Source: an uncultured beta proteobacterium (GTDB taxonomy: Bacteria; Pseudomonadota; Gammaproteobacteria; Burkholderiales; SG8-39). Taken from it: DNA of 64,000 nucleotides. The stretch is from the NCBI GenBank assembly GCA_963820965.1, contig CAWGCC010000027.1, positions 71,270 through 135,269 on the forward strand, written 5' to 3'. Shown piece by piece: positions 33,430 to 42,292 of the stretch; the stretch's first letter is position 1, and each line of letters begins with the position of its first letter. The notes beneath the pieces were generated by a model that worked only from the letters and a program-made list of their open reading frames with translations, was not told the DNA's origin and did not search any database. Made by a program: the position numbers and the translations under genes.

Positions 33430-34801
33430 CGGCCAGCGCGAGCAGGGGGTGGCGCGGATTCGCGCGCTCGAGCCGCGTGCCCGCGGCGAGGATCCCCATG
33501 CGGGCGACCCAGTCCTCGAATTCGGGCGCCGGCTTCAGCCCGAATGCCTGGCGCAGATAGAGCGCGTCGTGGAACGAAGTGCTCTGGTAGTTCAGCATCA
33601 CGTCGTCGGCGCCCGGCACACCCATGATGTAGCTAACCCCCGCCGCGGCGAGCAGCGTGAGCGCGGTGTCCACGTCGTCCTGGTCGGCGTCGGCGTGGTT
33701 CGTATAGCAGACGTCGACGCCCATCGGAAGCCCGAGCAGCTTGCCGCAGAAATGGTCCTCGACCGCGGCGCGCACGATCTCGCGGCCGTTCAGGTACTCC
33801 GGGCCGATAAACCCGACCACGGTGTTCACGAGCAGCGGCTCGAACGCGCGGGCGAGACCGTAGGCGCGCGCCTCCAGCGTCTGCTGGTCGACCCCGTGGT
33901 GAGCGTTGGCCGAGAGCGCACTGCCCTGGCCGGTCTCGAAGTACATGACATTGGCGCCGGTCGTGCCGCGCCCGAGCGCGCGCGCGGCATCGTTCGCCTC
34001 CGCGAGGAGGCGCGCGTCGACGCCGAAGCTGCGGTTCGTCGCCTCCGTACCGCCGATCGACTGGAAGACGAGATCGACCGGGGCGCCGCGTTCGATCGCC
34101 CGCAGCGTCGTAGTGACGTGCGTGAGCACGCAGGACTGCGTCGGGATCCGATGCGTGGCAATGATGCCGTCCAGCATCGCGAGGAGTCCCGTCACCTGCT
34201 CGAGGTTGTCGGTCGCGGGGTTGATGCCGATCACCGCGTCGCCGCAGCCGTAGAGCAAGCCGTCCAGGATGCTGGCGGCGATTCCCTTCGGGTCGTCGGT
34301 GGGGTGATTGGGCTGGAGGCGGGTTGCGAGCCGCCCGGCGAGGCCGAGCGTGTTGCGGAAGCGCGTGACGACTTCGATCTTCCGCGCCGCGATCACCATG
34401 TCCTGGATGCGCATGAGCTTCGATGCCGCCGCGACCATCTCGGGCGTGAGCCCCGGCGCGAGCCGCGCGAGCGCTGCGGCGTCCGTTTCGTAGGCGAGCA
34501 GCCAGTCGCGGAAGTCGCCGACGGTGAGATGCGCGACCGGCGCGAACGCCGCCGCGTCGTGCCGGTCGAGGACGAGCCGCGTCACCTCGTCCTTCTCGTA
34601 CGGCACCGCGGGCTCCGACAGGAAGGCCGCGAGCGGTACCTCGGCGAGCGTCATCTGCGCTGCAACTCGCTCCTCGGCGCTCGACGCCGCGAGCCCCGCG
34701 AGCGAATCACCGGCGCGCGCCGGCGTTGCCTTCGCGAGCAAGGTCTGCAGATCCGGGAAGCGGTAGGTGACGGCGCCCACCGTGTGAGCGTGGCCGGGCA
34801 T
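33422..34801 (-). CDS. eutB: Ethanolamine ammonia-lyase large subunit
   Basis: 459 aa from MPGHAHTVGAVTYRFPDLQTLLAKATPARAGD (start 34801). LQPNHPTDDPKGIAASILDGLLYGCGDAVIGINPATD and MYFETGQGSALSANAHHGVDQQTLEARAY. Confidence 0.9.
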   Translation of the reverse strand: MPGHAHTVGAVTYRFPDLQTLLAKATPARAGDSLAGLAASSAEERVAAQMTLAEVPLAAFLSEPAVPYEKDEVTRLVLDRHDAAAFAPVAHLTVGDFRDWLLAYETDAAALARLAPGLTPEMVAAASKLMRIQDMVIAARKIEVVTRFRNTLGLAGRLATRLQPNHPTDDPKGIAASILDGLLYGCGDAVIGINPATDNLEQVTGLLAMLDGIIATHRIPTQSCVLTHVTTTLRAIERGAPVDLVFQSIGGTEATNRSFGVDARLLAEANDAARALGRGTTGANVMYFETGQGSALSANAHHGVDQQTLEARAYGLARAFEPLLVNTVVGFIGPEYLNGREIVRAAVEDHFCGKLLGLPMGVDVCYTNHADADQDDVDTALTLLAAAGVSYIMGVPGADDVMLNYQSTSFHDALYLRQAFGLKPAPEFEDWVARMGILAAGTRLERANPRHPLLALAGG

Positions 34802-34946
34802 TGGCCTGGAGTCTCCGGCGAGGATCGGTCCCGCCGATGGTAGCGCCGCCGGCGCCAGCGCGCCGCGCGAACCGCGGATCGGGTTCCAGCGGGACGGCCG
34901 GTGGGAACAGGCATAATCGCGCGCTTTCGCGCGCGCTCGGCGTTCC

Positions 34947-35819
34947 TTGTCCGCTCGCACCAACACCTGGCTGCTGCTCCTCGCGCTCTTCGCCGTCGCG
35001 GTATCGCTCGGCGCGGGACACGTCGCCGCGCGGCTCGCGTTCGCCAACGACGTCAACGTGATCACCGCGGCGACCGTGCGCTCGGTCTGCGCGGGGCTGC
35101 TGCTGCTCGTTCTCCTGCGGTTGCGGCGCGAGGCCGTGCTGCCGCTTCCGCCCGCGTTCAAGTCGACGATGGTGCTCGGCGTGCTCATCGCCGCGCAGAC
35201 GGTGTGCATCCAGGTCGCGGTCGCGCTGATGCCTGTCACGCTCGCGATCCTCGTCTTCTACACCTACCCGTTTCTCACCGGCGTCGCCGCGAGCCTGCTC
35301 GGCGACGAGCGGTTCACCCCGCGGCTCGCGGTCGCGCTCGTCGCGGCGTTCGCCGGACTTGCGCTCGTGCTCGGCGTCGAGCCGCAGCCGGTCAGCGCCT
35401 GGGGGCTTGCCGCGGCGTTCGGGGCCGCGGTGACCTTCACCGGCGCGATGGTGCTGACGCCGCGGTTCGCGCCGGGTCTCAGCACGCCGTTGCGGACGTT
35501 CTTCATGCTCGCGACGACGGCGGCCATCTTCGTCGCGGCGTCGGCTGCGACGCAGTCATTTCGCCTGCCCTCGACCGAGCCCGGCTGGACCGGCCTCGCA
35601 GGGCTGACCCTAGGTTACGCGGTGGGCATCATCGGTCTCTTCCTTCTCCTCCCGCGCCTCGGCGCGGTGCAGACGGCCATCGTCCTGAACCTCGAGCCGG
35701 TGGCGGTGGCCGGCATCGCGTGGCTCGCGCTCGGCGAGGCGCTGACGCCGCTCCAGATCGGCGGGGCGGTCATCGTCGTCGCCACGGTGATGCTTTTCCA
35801 GACGAGCGGGCGCCGGTAA
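34947..35819 (+). CDS. DMT-superfamily (EamA-like) transporter
   Basis: Intact 290-aa ORF with about 10 hydrophobic helices in two EamA-like halves. Divergent from eutB. Confidence 0.8.
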   Translation: MSARTNTWLLLLALFAVAVSLGAGHVAARLAFANDVNVITAATVRSVCAGLLLLVLLRLRREAVLPLPPAFKSTMVLGVLIAAQTVCIQVAVALMPVTLAILVFYTYPFLTGVAASLLGDERFTPRLAVALVAAFAGLALVLGVEPQPVSAWGLAAAFGAAVTFTGAMVLTPRFAPGLSTPLRTFFMLATTAAIFVAASAATQSFRLPSTEPGWTGLAGLTLGYAVGIIGLFLLLPRLGAVQTAIVLNLEPVAVAGIAWLALGEALTPLQIGGAVIVVATVMLFQTSGRR

Positions 35820-35830
35820 GGATCCTGCAG

Positions 35831-37060
35831 ATGCGTCCACTCGCCTCCGAATGGCGCGGCGCTGCACTCGGCGTGCTCGCCGCCGTGTTCGCGTTCAACC
35901 TCCTCGGTCGCGGCAGCGGCGAGACCTATGCCGTCTTCCTGCTGCCGCTCGAGCGCGAATTCGTCTGGTCGCGCTCGCAGCTCACCGGCGTCTACTCCCT
36001 TTACCTGCTGGTGGGCGGCTTCCTCGCGCCGTTCGTCGGCACGCTGTTCGATCGCGTCGGCCCGCGCGCGGTCTACTGCACCGGTCTTGCCTGCATCGCG
36101 GCGGCGTATCTCGCGGCGAGCACGCTCTCCAGCCTGTGGCAGTTCTATCTCTACGCCGGCGTGCTGGTCGGCGTCGGCGTCGCGTTGGTCGGCATGGTGC
36201 CGGCGTCGGGGCTCCTCACGCGCTGGTATCACAGCCGGCTCTCCGCTGCGATCGGCATCGCCTTCTCGGCGGTGGGCTGCGGAGTGCTCGTGTTCGTGCC
36301 GCTCACGCAGCTGCTGATCGCCCATCTCGACTGGCGCAGCACCTATCGCACGCTCGGGATCGTGATGCTCGTGCTGTTGCCGCTCGCGGTGTTCGCGCTG
36401 CCGTGGCGCACGTTTGCCGCCGGGCACCCCGAGCACCACCGGCGGACGCGCGAGCGGCGGCAGGGCGAGGGCTGGACCTTGCGCACCGCGATCCGGACGC
36501 GCGCCTACTGGGGCCTCGCGGCGATGTTCTTCCTCACCGCCGTGGGCATGTTCACGATCGTGCCGCAGACCGTGGTTTACCTGATCGACGTGGGATTTGC
36601 GCCGGTCGTCGCTGCAGCCGCATTCGGCGTGACCGGGATGCTCCAGGTCGGCACCCTGGCCGGGGTCGGCTTCGTAGCCGCGCGATTCGGTTACCGGCGC
36701 ACCGTCACCGCGAGCTTCGTCGGCAGCGCGGCCGGGATGCTGGCGCTCGCCGCGCTGTCATTCCATGCCGCCGGGTGGCTGCTCGTCGTCTACGTGCTGG
36801 TGTTCGGGGCATGCCAGGGGGCGCGCGGCCCGATCATCTCGGCGATCTGCACGACGAAGTTTGCGGGCCCGCGCGTGGCGACGATCTACGGCACGGTGTA
36901 CTCGATGAACGCGGTCGGCGCCGCGTTCGGCTCGGTCATGGGCGGTGTGCTCCACGACCTGACCGGCGGCTACGGCGCCGGCTTTGTGTTCGCGCTCACC
37001 GCGCTCGCGCTGGCGGCGACGCCGATCTGGCTCGTGCGGGAGCTGCGCGACTTCCGGTAG
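35831..37060 (+). CDS. MFS transporter
   Basis: 409 aa from MRPLASEWRGAALGVLAAVFAFN (ATG 35831), with 12 predicted hydrophobic segments. The longer track ORF from 34901 is an out-of-frame run through the DMT gene. Confidence 0.8.
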   Translation: MRPLASEWRGAALGVLAAVFAFNLLGRGSGETYAVFLLPLEREFVWSRSQLTGVYSLYLLVGGFLAPFVGTLFDRVGPRAVYCTGLACIAAAYLAASTLSSLWQFYLYAGVLVGVGVALVGMVPASGLLTRWYHSRLSAAIGIAFSAVGCGVLVFVPLTQLLIAHLDWRSTYRTLGIVMLVLLPLAVFALPWRTFAAGHPEHHRRTRERRQGEGWTLRTAIRTRAYWGLAAMFFLTAVGMFTIVPQTVVYLIDVGFAPVVAAAAFGVTGMLQVGTLAGVGFVAARFGYRRTVTASFVGSAAGMLALAALSFHAAGWLLVVYVLVFGACQGARGPIISAICTTKFAGPRVATIYGTVYSMNAVGAAFGSVMGGVLHDLTGGYGAGFVFALTALALAATPIWLVRELRDFR

Positions 37061-37679
37061 GGCGCCGGGCGCCCAGCCCGGCGAGATACTGATCGACCAT
37101 CCGCTCGGCCTCGCGCGCCAGCGGGAAGTACTTCGGCTCGAGCAGCCAGTTGCTGATCAACCCGTCGACCAGGGCATGCAGTCCCACCGCGGCGCTGCGT
37201 GCGTTCAGGCCCGCGGGCAGAAGGTCGCGCCGGATCGCGTTGCGGACGCCCCGCTCGAGCTCGCCGAGGCAGTCGGCGCGCATCTCGACGTAGCGGTCGC
37301 GGACGCGCGCCATCTCGTCCACGTACTCGCACTTGTGGCAGACGATCTCGAACACGCGCCGGGTCTGCGGATCGTCGGTGGTCTTGCGAAGAACCGTGAC
37401 CATGCAGCGGCGGATGTAGCCGAGCGGATCGGTGAGCGCCTCGTCCCCGGAGCGCCCGACCATCTCCTCCATCGGCAAGGTCACGCGCGCGAGCATCGCG
37501 GCGAAGAGATCGGCCTTGTTGCGGAAGTGCCAGTAGATCGCGCCGCGGGTCACGCCGGCCGCGGCAGCGATGTCCTCGAGCGACGGGCGCGACGCACCGC
37601 GGCGGCTGAATACCCTTTCCGCCGCGTCAAGAATGCGGTCGCGCGTCGCCAGTGCTTCCGCTTTGGTGCGTCTCGCCAT
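36996..37679 (-). CDS. TetR/AcrR-family repressor of the adjacent RND operon
   Basis: MARRTKAEALATRDRILDAAERVFSRRGASRPSLEDIAAAAGVTRGAIYWHFRNKADLF. Divergent from the RND adaptor gene. The 3' end overlaps the MFS gene convergently by 65 nt. Confidence 0.9.
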   Translation of the reverse strand: MARRTKAEALATRDRILDAAERVFSRRGASRPSLEDIAAAAGVTRGAIYWHFRNKADLFAAMLARVTLPMEEMVGRSGDEALTDPLGYIRRCMVTVLRKTTDDPQTRRVFEIVCHKCEYVDEMARVRDRYVEMRADCLGELERGVRNAIRRDLLPAGLNARSAAVGLHALVDGLISNWLLEPKYFPLAREAERMVDQYLAGLGARRPTGSRAAPARARSASPPARAR

Positions 37680-37772
37680 TCGTGCCCACCATGTCCCTGC
37701 TACGTGTAATGGCTCGCGCACCGATACAGTGCCGGCGCGCGTCGCGTTCATACAACTTCACGCGGACCGGAC

Positions 37773-37800
37773 TTTACATACATTCACCCATGTATGTAAA
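37773..37800. promoter_or_regulatory. Candidate TetR operator: perfect 11-bp inverted repeat
   Basis: TTTACATACATtcacccATGTATGTAAA in the 182-bp divergent intergenic region between the TetR gene (start 37679) and the RND adaptor gene (start 37862). Confidence 0.7.
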
Positions 37801-37861
37801 CTGCAGCGTCAAGAAAACGTTCGGGCGGCGCACCGCGCCGCCCGTCACCAGGGGTTCCACA

Positions 37862-39079
37862 ATGACGCGCTATCCGTCCGATGCGCTGCGCGCGTCCGCG
37901 CAGCGCATGGTCCCAGTCCTGCTCGCCGCCGCGCTCGCCGCCTGCGGCCAGGCGGAGAGCCAGCCGCCCGGCCAGATGCCGCCGCCCGAGGTGGCGGTGG
38001 TGGAAGTCGAGGCGAAGCGGCTGCCCGCCGCCTACGAGTACACCGGCCAGACCGCCGGCTACCGCGAGGTGGAGGTGCGCGCGCGAGTGACCGGCATCCT
38101 GCTGAAACGCAATTACCGCGAGGGCGAAGCAGTGAAGCGCGGCCAGTCGCTCTTCCAGATCGATCCGGCGCCGTTCCAGGTCGCGTTCGCGCGCGCGGAA
38201 GCCGATCTCGCGACGGCCGAGGCGCGGCGGGCGCAGGCTGGTCGCGATGCCGAGCGGATGAAGGCGGTGATCGACATCAAGGCGGTCAGCCGCAAGGAGT
38301 TCGACGATGCGGCGTCCGCCGCGCAGATCGCGGCCGCGGAGGTGAAGAGCGCGCAGGCGCGCGTTGCCGAGGCGAAGCTGAACCTCGACTGGACGCGGGT
38401 CGAGTCGCCGATCAACGGCGTCTCGAGCCGTGCGCTGCGCTCGGAGGGGACGCTCGTATCGGGTCCGGACGTGCTGCTCACCACTGTGACGCAAACCGAC
38501 CCGATCTACGTCATCTTCGGCATCCCGGAAAGCGAGCTCCTGCGCATCCGCCGCGACGTCGACGCGAAGCGCCTCCAGTTGCCCGCCGACGGGCGGTTCG
38601 ACGTCACGGTCGCGCTCGCCGACGGGAGCGTCTACGGCAAACCCGGCAAGGTGGACTTCGCCGACGTGCGGGTGAACTCGAACACCGGAACGGTGGAAAC
38701 CCGGGCGGAGCTGCCGAACCCCGCCGGCGGGCTCAAGCCGGGACAGTTCGTGCGAGCCCGGCTCGCCGGCGCCGTACGCCCGGCCGCGATCACCATACCG
38801 CAACGCGCGGTGCTCGAGGGTCCGAAGGGTAAGTTCGTCTACGTCGTGAACGCGGAGAGCAAGGCTGAGCAGCGTCCCGTAGAGGTCGGCGAGTGGGTGG
38901 GCGAATCGTGGGTGATCGACTCGGGTCTCGCGCCGGGCGACAAGGTGATCGTCGACGGCGTGATGAAGATCGGCCCCGGCGCGCCGGTGCGCATCGCCGC
39001 GGCCGGGCAGCCGGGCGCCGCGAAGCCGTCCGCGCCCGACGCGGCGAAGAAGGCGGCGCCGGAAGCGGCGAAGAAATAG
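37862..39079 (+). CDS. RND efflux periplasmic adaptor (AcrA/MexA-like lipoprotein)
   Basis: 405 aa with lipobox LAAALAACG. EVEVRARVTGILLKRNYREGEAVKRGQSLFQIDPAPFQ and the coiled-coil and beta-barrel pattern of the family. Confidence 0.9.
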   Translation: MTRYPSDALRASAQRMVPVLLAAALAACGQAESQPPGQMPPPEVAVVEVEAKRLPAAYEYTGQTAGYREVEVRARVTGILLKRNYREGEAVKRGQSLFQIDPAPFQVAFARAEADLATAEARRAQAGRDAERMKAVIDIKAVSRKEFDDAASAAQIAAAEVKSAQARVAEAKLNLDWTRVESPINGVSSRALRSEGTLVSGPDVLLTTVTQTDPIYVIFGIPESELLRIRRDVDAKRLQLPADGRFDVTVALADGSVYGKPGKVDFADVRVNSNTGTVETRAELPNPAGGLKPGQFVRARLAGAVRPAAITIPQRAVLEGPKGKFVYVVNAESKAEQRPVEVGEWVGESWVIDSGLAPGDKVIVDGVMKIGPGAPVRIAAAGQPGAAKPSAPDAAKKAAPEAAKK

Positions 39080-39088
39080 GAGCCGGCC

Positions 39089-42000
39089 ATGTTCTCGCGC
39101 TTCTTCATCGACCGGCCGATCTTCGCGGCCGTCCTCTCGATCTTCATCGTCATCGCCGGCCTGGCGGCGATCCGCGTGCTCCCGGTCGGGCAATACCCGG
39201 AGATCTCGCCGCCGGTGGTGACGGTCCGCGCGGTCTATCCCGGCGCCTCGGCGACGACGCTCGAGCAGACCGTCGCCGCGCCGCTCGAGAATGCGATCAA
39301 CGGCGTCGAGGACATGCTCTACATGAGCTCGACCTCGGCTTCGAACGGCGCGGTCGAGATGCAGGTCACGTTCAACATCGGCGCCGACGTCGACAAGGCG
39401 GCGCTCAACGTCAACAACCGGGTGAAGCAGGCCGAGGCACGGCTGCCGCTCGAGGTGCGCCGGCAGGGCGTCACGGTCGAGAAGGGCTCGTCCGCGTTCC
39501 TGCAGGTCATCGCCTTCTCCTCGCCCGACAGCCGCTACGACGGGCTCTTCATCTCCAACTACGTGACGCTGAACGTCCTCGACCAGCTGAAGCGCATCCC
39601 CGGCACGACCAACGTGCAGATCTTCGGCGCCAAGGATTACGCGATGCGGATCTGGCTGAAGCCGGACCGCCTGTCGCAGCTCAAGCTCACCACCGCGGAG
39701 GTGACGCGGGCGATCACCGAGCAGAACGCGCAGTTCGCCGCCGGCCGGATCGGCCAGGCGCCGACGAGCGGCACGCAGGAGCTCGTCTACACGGTCACCA
39801 CCAAGGGAAGGCTCGCCGAGGTGGCGGAGTTCGAGAACATCGTCGTGCGCTCGAACCCTGACGGCTCGAACCTGCGCCTCAAGGACGTCGCGAGAGTCGA
39901 GCTCGGCTCGAAGGACTACGAGTTCATCGGCCGCGTGAACGGGCGCGAGGCGACGCTCGTCGGCATCTTCCTGCAGCCCGGCGCGAACGCGCTCGCGGTG
40001 GCGCAGAACGTGAACGACGTGGTCGCCGACCTCGCTACCCGGTTCCCCGACGGCCTCAGCCACCTGGTCGTCTACGACACCACGCGCTTCGTGAAGGTGT
40101 CGATCCGCGAGGTGGTGGTCACGCTCGCCGAGGCGATGCTGCTCGTGCTGCTCGTCGTGTACCTCTTCCTGCAGAGCGCGCGGGCGACGCTCATCCCGAT
40201 GCTCGCGGTCCCGGTCTCGCTGATCGGCACCTTCGCCGGGCTGCTCGCGCTCGGCTACTCGATCAACACGCTGACGCTGTTCGGGATGGTGCTCGCGATC
40301 GGCATCGTGGTCGACGACGCGATCGTCGTGCTCGAGAACGTCGAGCGGATCATGCACGAGATGCACCTCTCGGCGCGCGAGTCGGCGATCAAGGCGATGC
40401 AGGAGGTCACCGGCCCGGTGATCGCGATCGTGCTGGTGCTGTGCGCGGTGTTCGTGCCGATCGCGTTCCTCGGCGGGCTCACCGGCGAGCTCTACCGGCA
40501 GTTCGCGGTCACGCTGTCGATCGCAGTCGTGATCTCGGGCATCGTCGCGCTGACCCTGACGCCGGCGCTGTGCGTGCTCATTCTCAAGCGCGGCCGCCTG
40601 CAGCCGAACCGCTTCTTCCGCTGGTTCAACGACTGGTTCGGGCGGGTGACGGCGCGCTATGCACGCGGCGTGACCTGGATGATCCGGCGCGCGGCGATCG
40701 GTGCGGTGCTCTTCCTCGGCATGGTCGCGATCACCGTGGGACTCTGGCGGATCACGCCGGGGTCGCTCGTGCCCGACGAGGACCAGGGCTACTACATCGC
40801 CGCGGTCATCCTGCCCGACGGCGCCACGCTCGAGCGCACCGACCGGGTCGTGAACGAGGTGGTCGACATCATCAAGTCGAACCCGTACAACGAGTCCGCC
40901 ATCGCGTTCACGGGCTTCGACTTCCTCGGCGGGGCGTTCCGCAACAGCGCGGCGACGATCTTCGTCACCCAGACGCACTGGGACGAGCGGCCGGTGCCGG
41001 TCCAGGCGCTGGTCGGCGAGCTGTGGGCGAAGACCGGCCATATCAAGGAGGCGCTGGTGCTCGCCTTCGCGCCCCCGCCGATCTTCGGTCTCGGCAACGC
41101 CGGCGGGTTCGAGTTCTACATCCAGAACCGCGGCGAGGGTGGCTCGCAGCGGCTCTCCGAGGTGGCGCAGAAGTTCATCGGCGCCGCGCAGAAGGACCCG
41201 GCGTTCGCGCAGATCAACACCCTCTGGCGGGCGAACACGCCGCAGCTCTACGTCGACGTCGACCGCGAGCGGGCGAAGGCGGTCGGCGTCCCGCTCGACG
41301 ACCTTTACGGCACCGTCGCCGCGACGATCGGCACCTACTACGTCAACGACTTCAACCGCTACGGCCGCACCTGGCAGGTGCTGATGTCGTCGGAGTCGCG
41401 CTTCCGCAAGCGCCCCGACGACATCGGCGAGGTCTGGATGCGCAGCGAAAAGGGCGACATGGTCCCGCTCGCGGCGCTCGCCGACATCCGCTACGCCTCG
41501 GGTCCCGAGACGCTCGACCGCTTCAACAACCTGCCGGCGGTGAAGATCCTCGGCGCCGGCGCGCCCGGCACCAGCTCCGGCCAGGCGATCGCCGAGGTCG
41601 AGAAGGTGGCGAAAGAGGTGCTGCCCGCCGACTTCTCGCTCGACTGGAGCGGCGCGTCCTACCAGGAGAAGAAGGCCGGCGGGACCTCGGTGCTCGCGCT
41701 CGGCCTCGCGGCGGTGATGGCGTTCCTGATCCTCGCCGCCCAATACGAGAAGTGGTCGCTCCCGTTCTCGGTGCTGCTCGCGATGCCGTTCGGCACCTTC
41801 GGCGCGCTCGCGGCCGTCTGGCTGCGCGGGATGTCGAACGACGTCTACTTCCAGATCGGCCTCGTTACGCTCCTCGGCCTCGCCGCGAAGAACGCGATCC
41901 TGATCGTCGAGTACGCGGCGATGAAGCACCACGAGGGGCTCTCGGCTGCCGCCGCCGCGGTCGAGGCGGCGCGGCTGCGCTTCCGGCCGATCCTGATGAC

Positions 42001-42292
42001 CTCGCTCGCGTTCATCTTCGGCGTGCTGCCGCTCGCGCTCTCGACCGGCGCGGGCGCCGGCGCTCGGCACGCGGTTGGCACCGGCGTCGTCGGCGGCATG
42101 ATCGCGGCGACGTTCCTCGCGATCTTCTTCGTGCCGCTGTTCTTCAGGCTGATCACCGACCGCCGCTTCCGCGAGCCGCGCTCGAGCGCGGACATCCTGC
42201 GCGAGGCGCAGCACGCACGCGAGGCCGCTCTGCGGATCGCGCACACGCCGCAGCATCACCCCGTCGCGCCGAAGGGAGGCGACCATGCGTAG
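39089..42292 (+). CDS. RND (HAE1) inner-membrane efflux pump, AcrB/MexB-like
   Basis: Intact 1067-aa ORF. MFSRFFIDRPIFAAVLSIFIVIAGLAAI N-terminus, two large periplasmic loops and 12 TM segments. Confidence 0.95.
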   Translation: MFSRFFIDRPIFAAVLSIFIVIAGLAAIRVLPVGQYPEISPPVVTVRAVYPGASATTLEQTVAAPLENAINGVEDMLYMSSTSASNGAVEMQVTFNIGADVDKAALNVNNRVKQAEARLPLEVRRQGVTVEKGSSAFLQVIAFSSPDSRYDGLFISNYVTLNVLDQLKRIPGTTNVQIFGAKDYAMRIWLKPDRLSQLKLTTAEVTRAITEQNAQFAAGRIGQAPTSGTQELVYTVTTKGRLAEVAEFENIVVRSNPDGSNLRLKDVARVELGSKDYEFIGRVNGREATLVGIFLQPGANALAVAQNVNDVVADLATRFPDGLSHLVVYDTTRFVKVSIREVVVTLAEAMLLVLLVVYLFLQSARATLIPMLAVPVSLIGTFAGLLALGYSINTLTLFGMVLAIGIVVDDAIVVLENVERIMHEMHLSARESAIKAMQEVTGPVIAIVLVLCAVFVPIAFLGGLTGELYRQFAVTLSIAVVISGIVALTLTPALCVLILKRGRLQPNRFFRWFNDWFGRVTARYARGVTWMIRRAAIGAVLFLGMVAITVGLWRITPGSLVPDEDQGYYIAAVILPDGATLERTDRVVNEVVDIIKSNPYNESAIAFTGFDFLGGAFRNSAATIFVTQTHWDERPVPVQALVGELWAKTGHIKEALVLAFAPPPIFGLGNAGGFEFYIQNRGEGGSQRLSEVAQKFIGAAQKDPAFAQINTLWRANTPQLYVDVDRERAKAVGVPLDDLYGTVAATIGTYYVNDFNRYGRTWQVLMSSESRFRKRPDDIGEVWMRSEKGDMVPLAALADIRYASGPETLDRFNNLPAVKILGAGAPGTSSGQAIAEVEKVAKEVLPADFSLDWSGASYQEKKAGGTSVLALGLAAVMAFLILAAQYEKWSLPFSVLLAMPFGTFGALAAVWLRGMSNDVYFQIGLVTLLGLAAKNAILIVEYAAMKHHEGLSAAAAAVEAARLRFRPILMTSLAFIFGVLPLALSTGAGAGARHAVGTGVVGGMIAATFLAIFFVPLFFRLITDRRFREPRSSADILREAQHAREAALRIAHTPQHHPVAPKGGDHA

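Noticed and set aside
34901-35830. N-terminal 310 codons of the 719-aa plus-strand ORF
   Set aside because: This is an out-of-frame run through the DMT transporter gene. The MFS protein begins at ATG 35831, right after the DMT stop.
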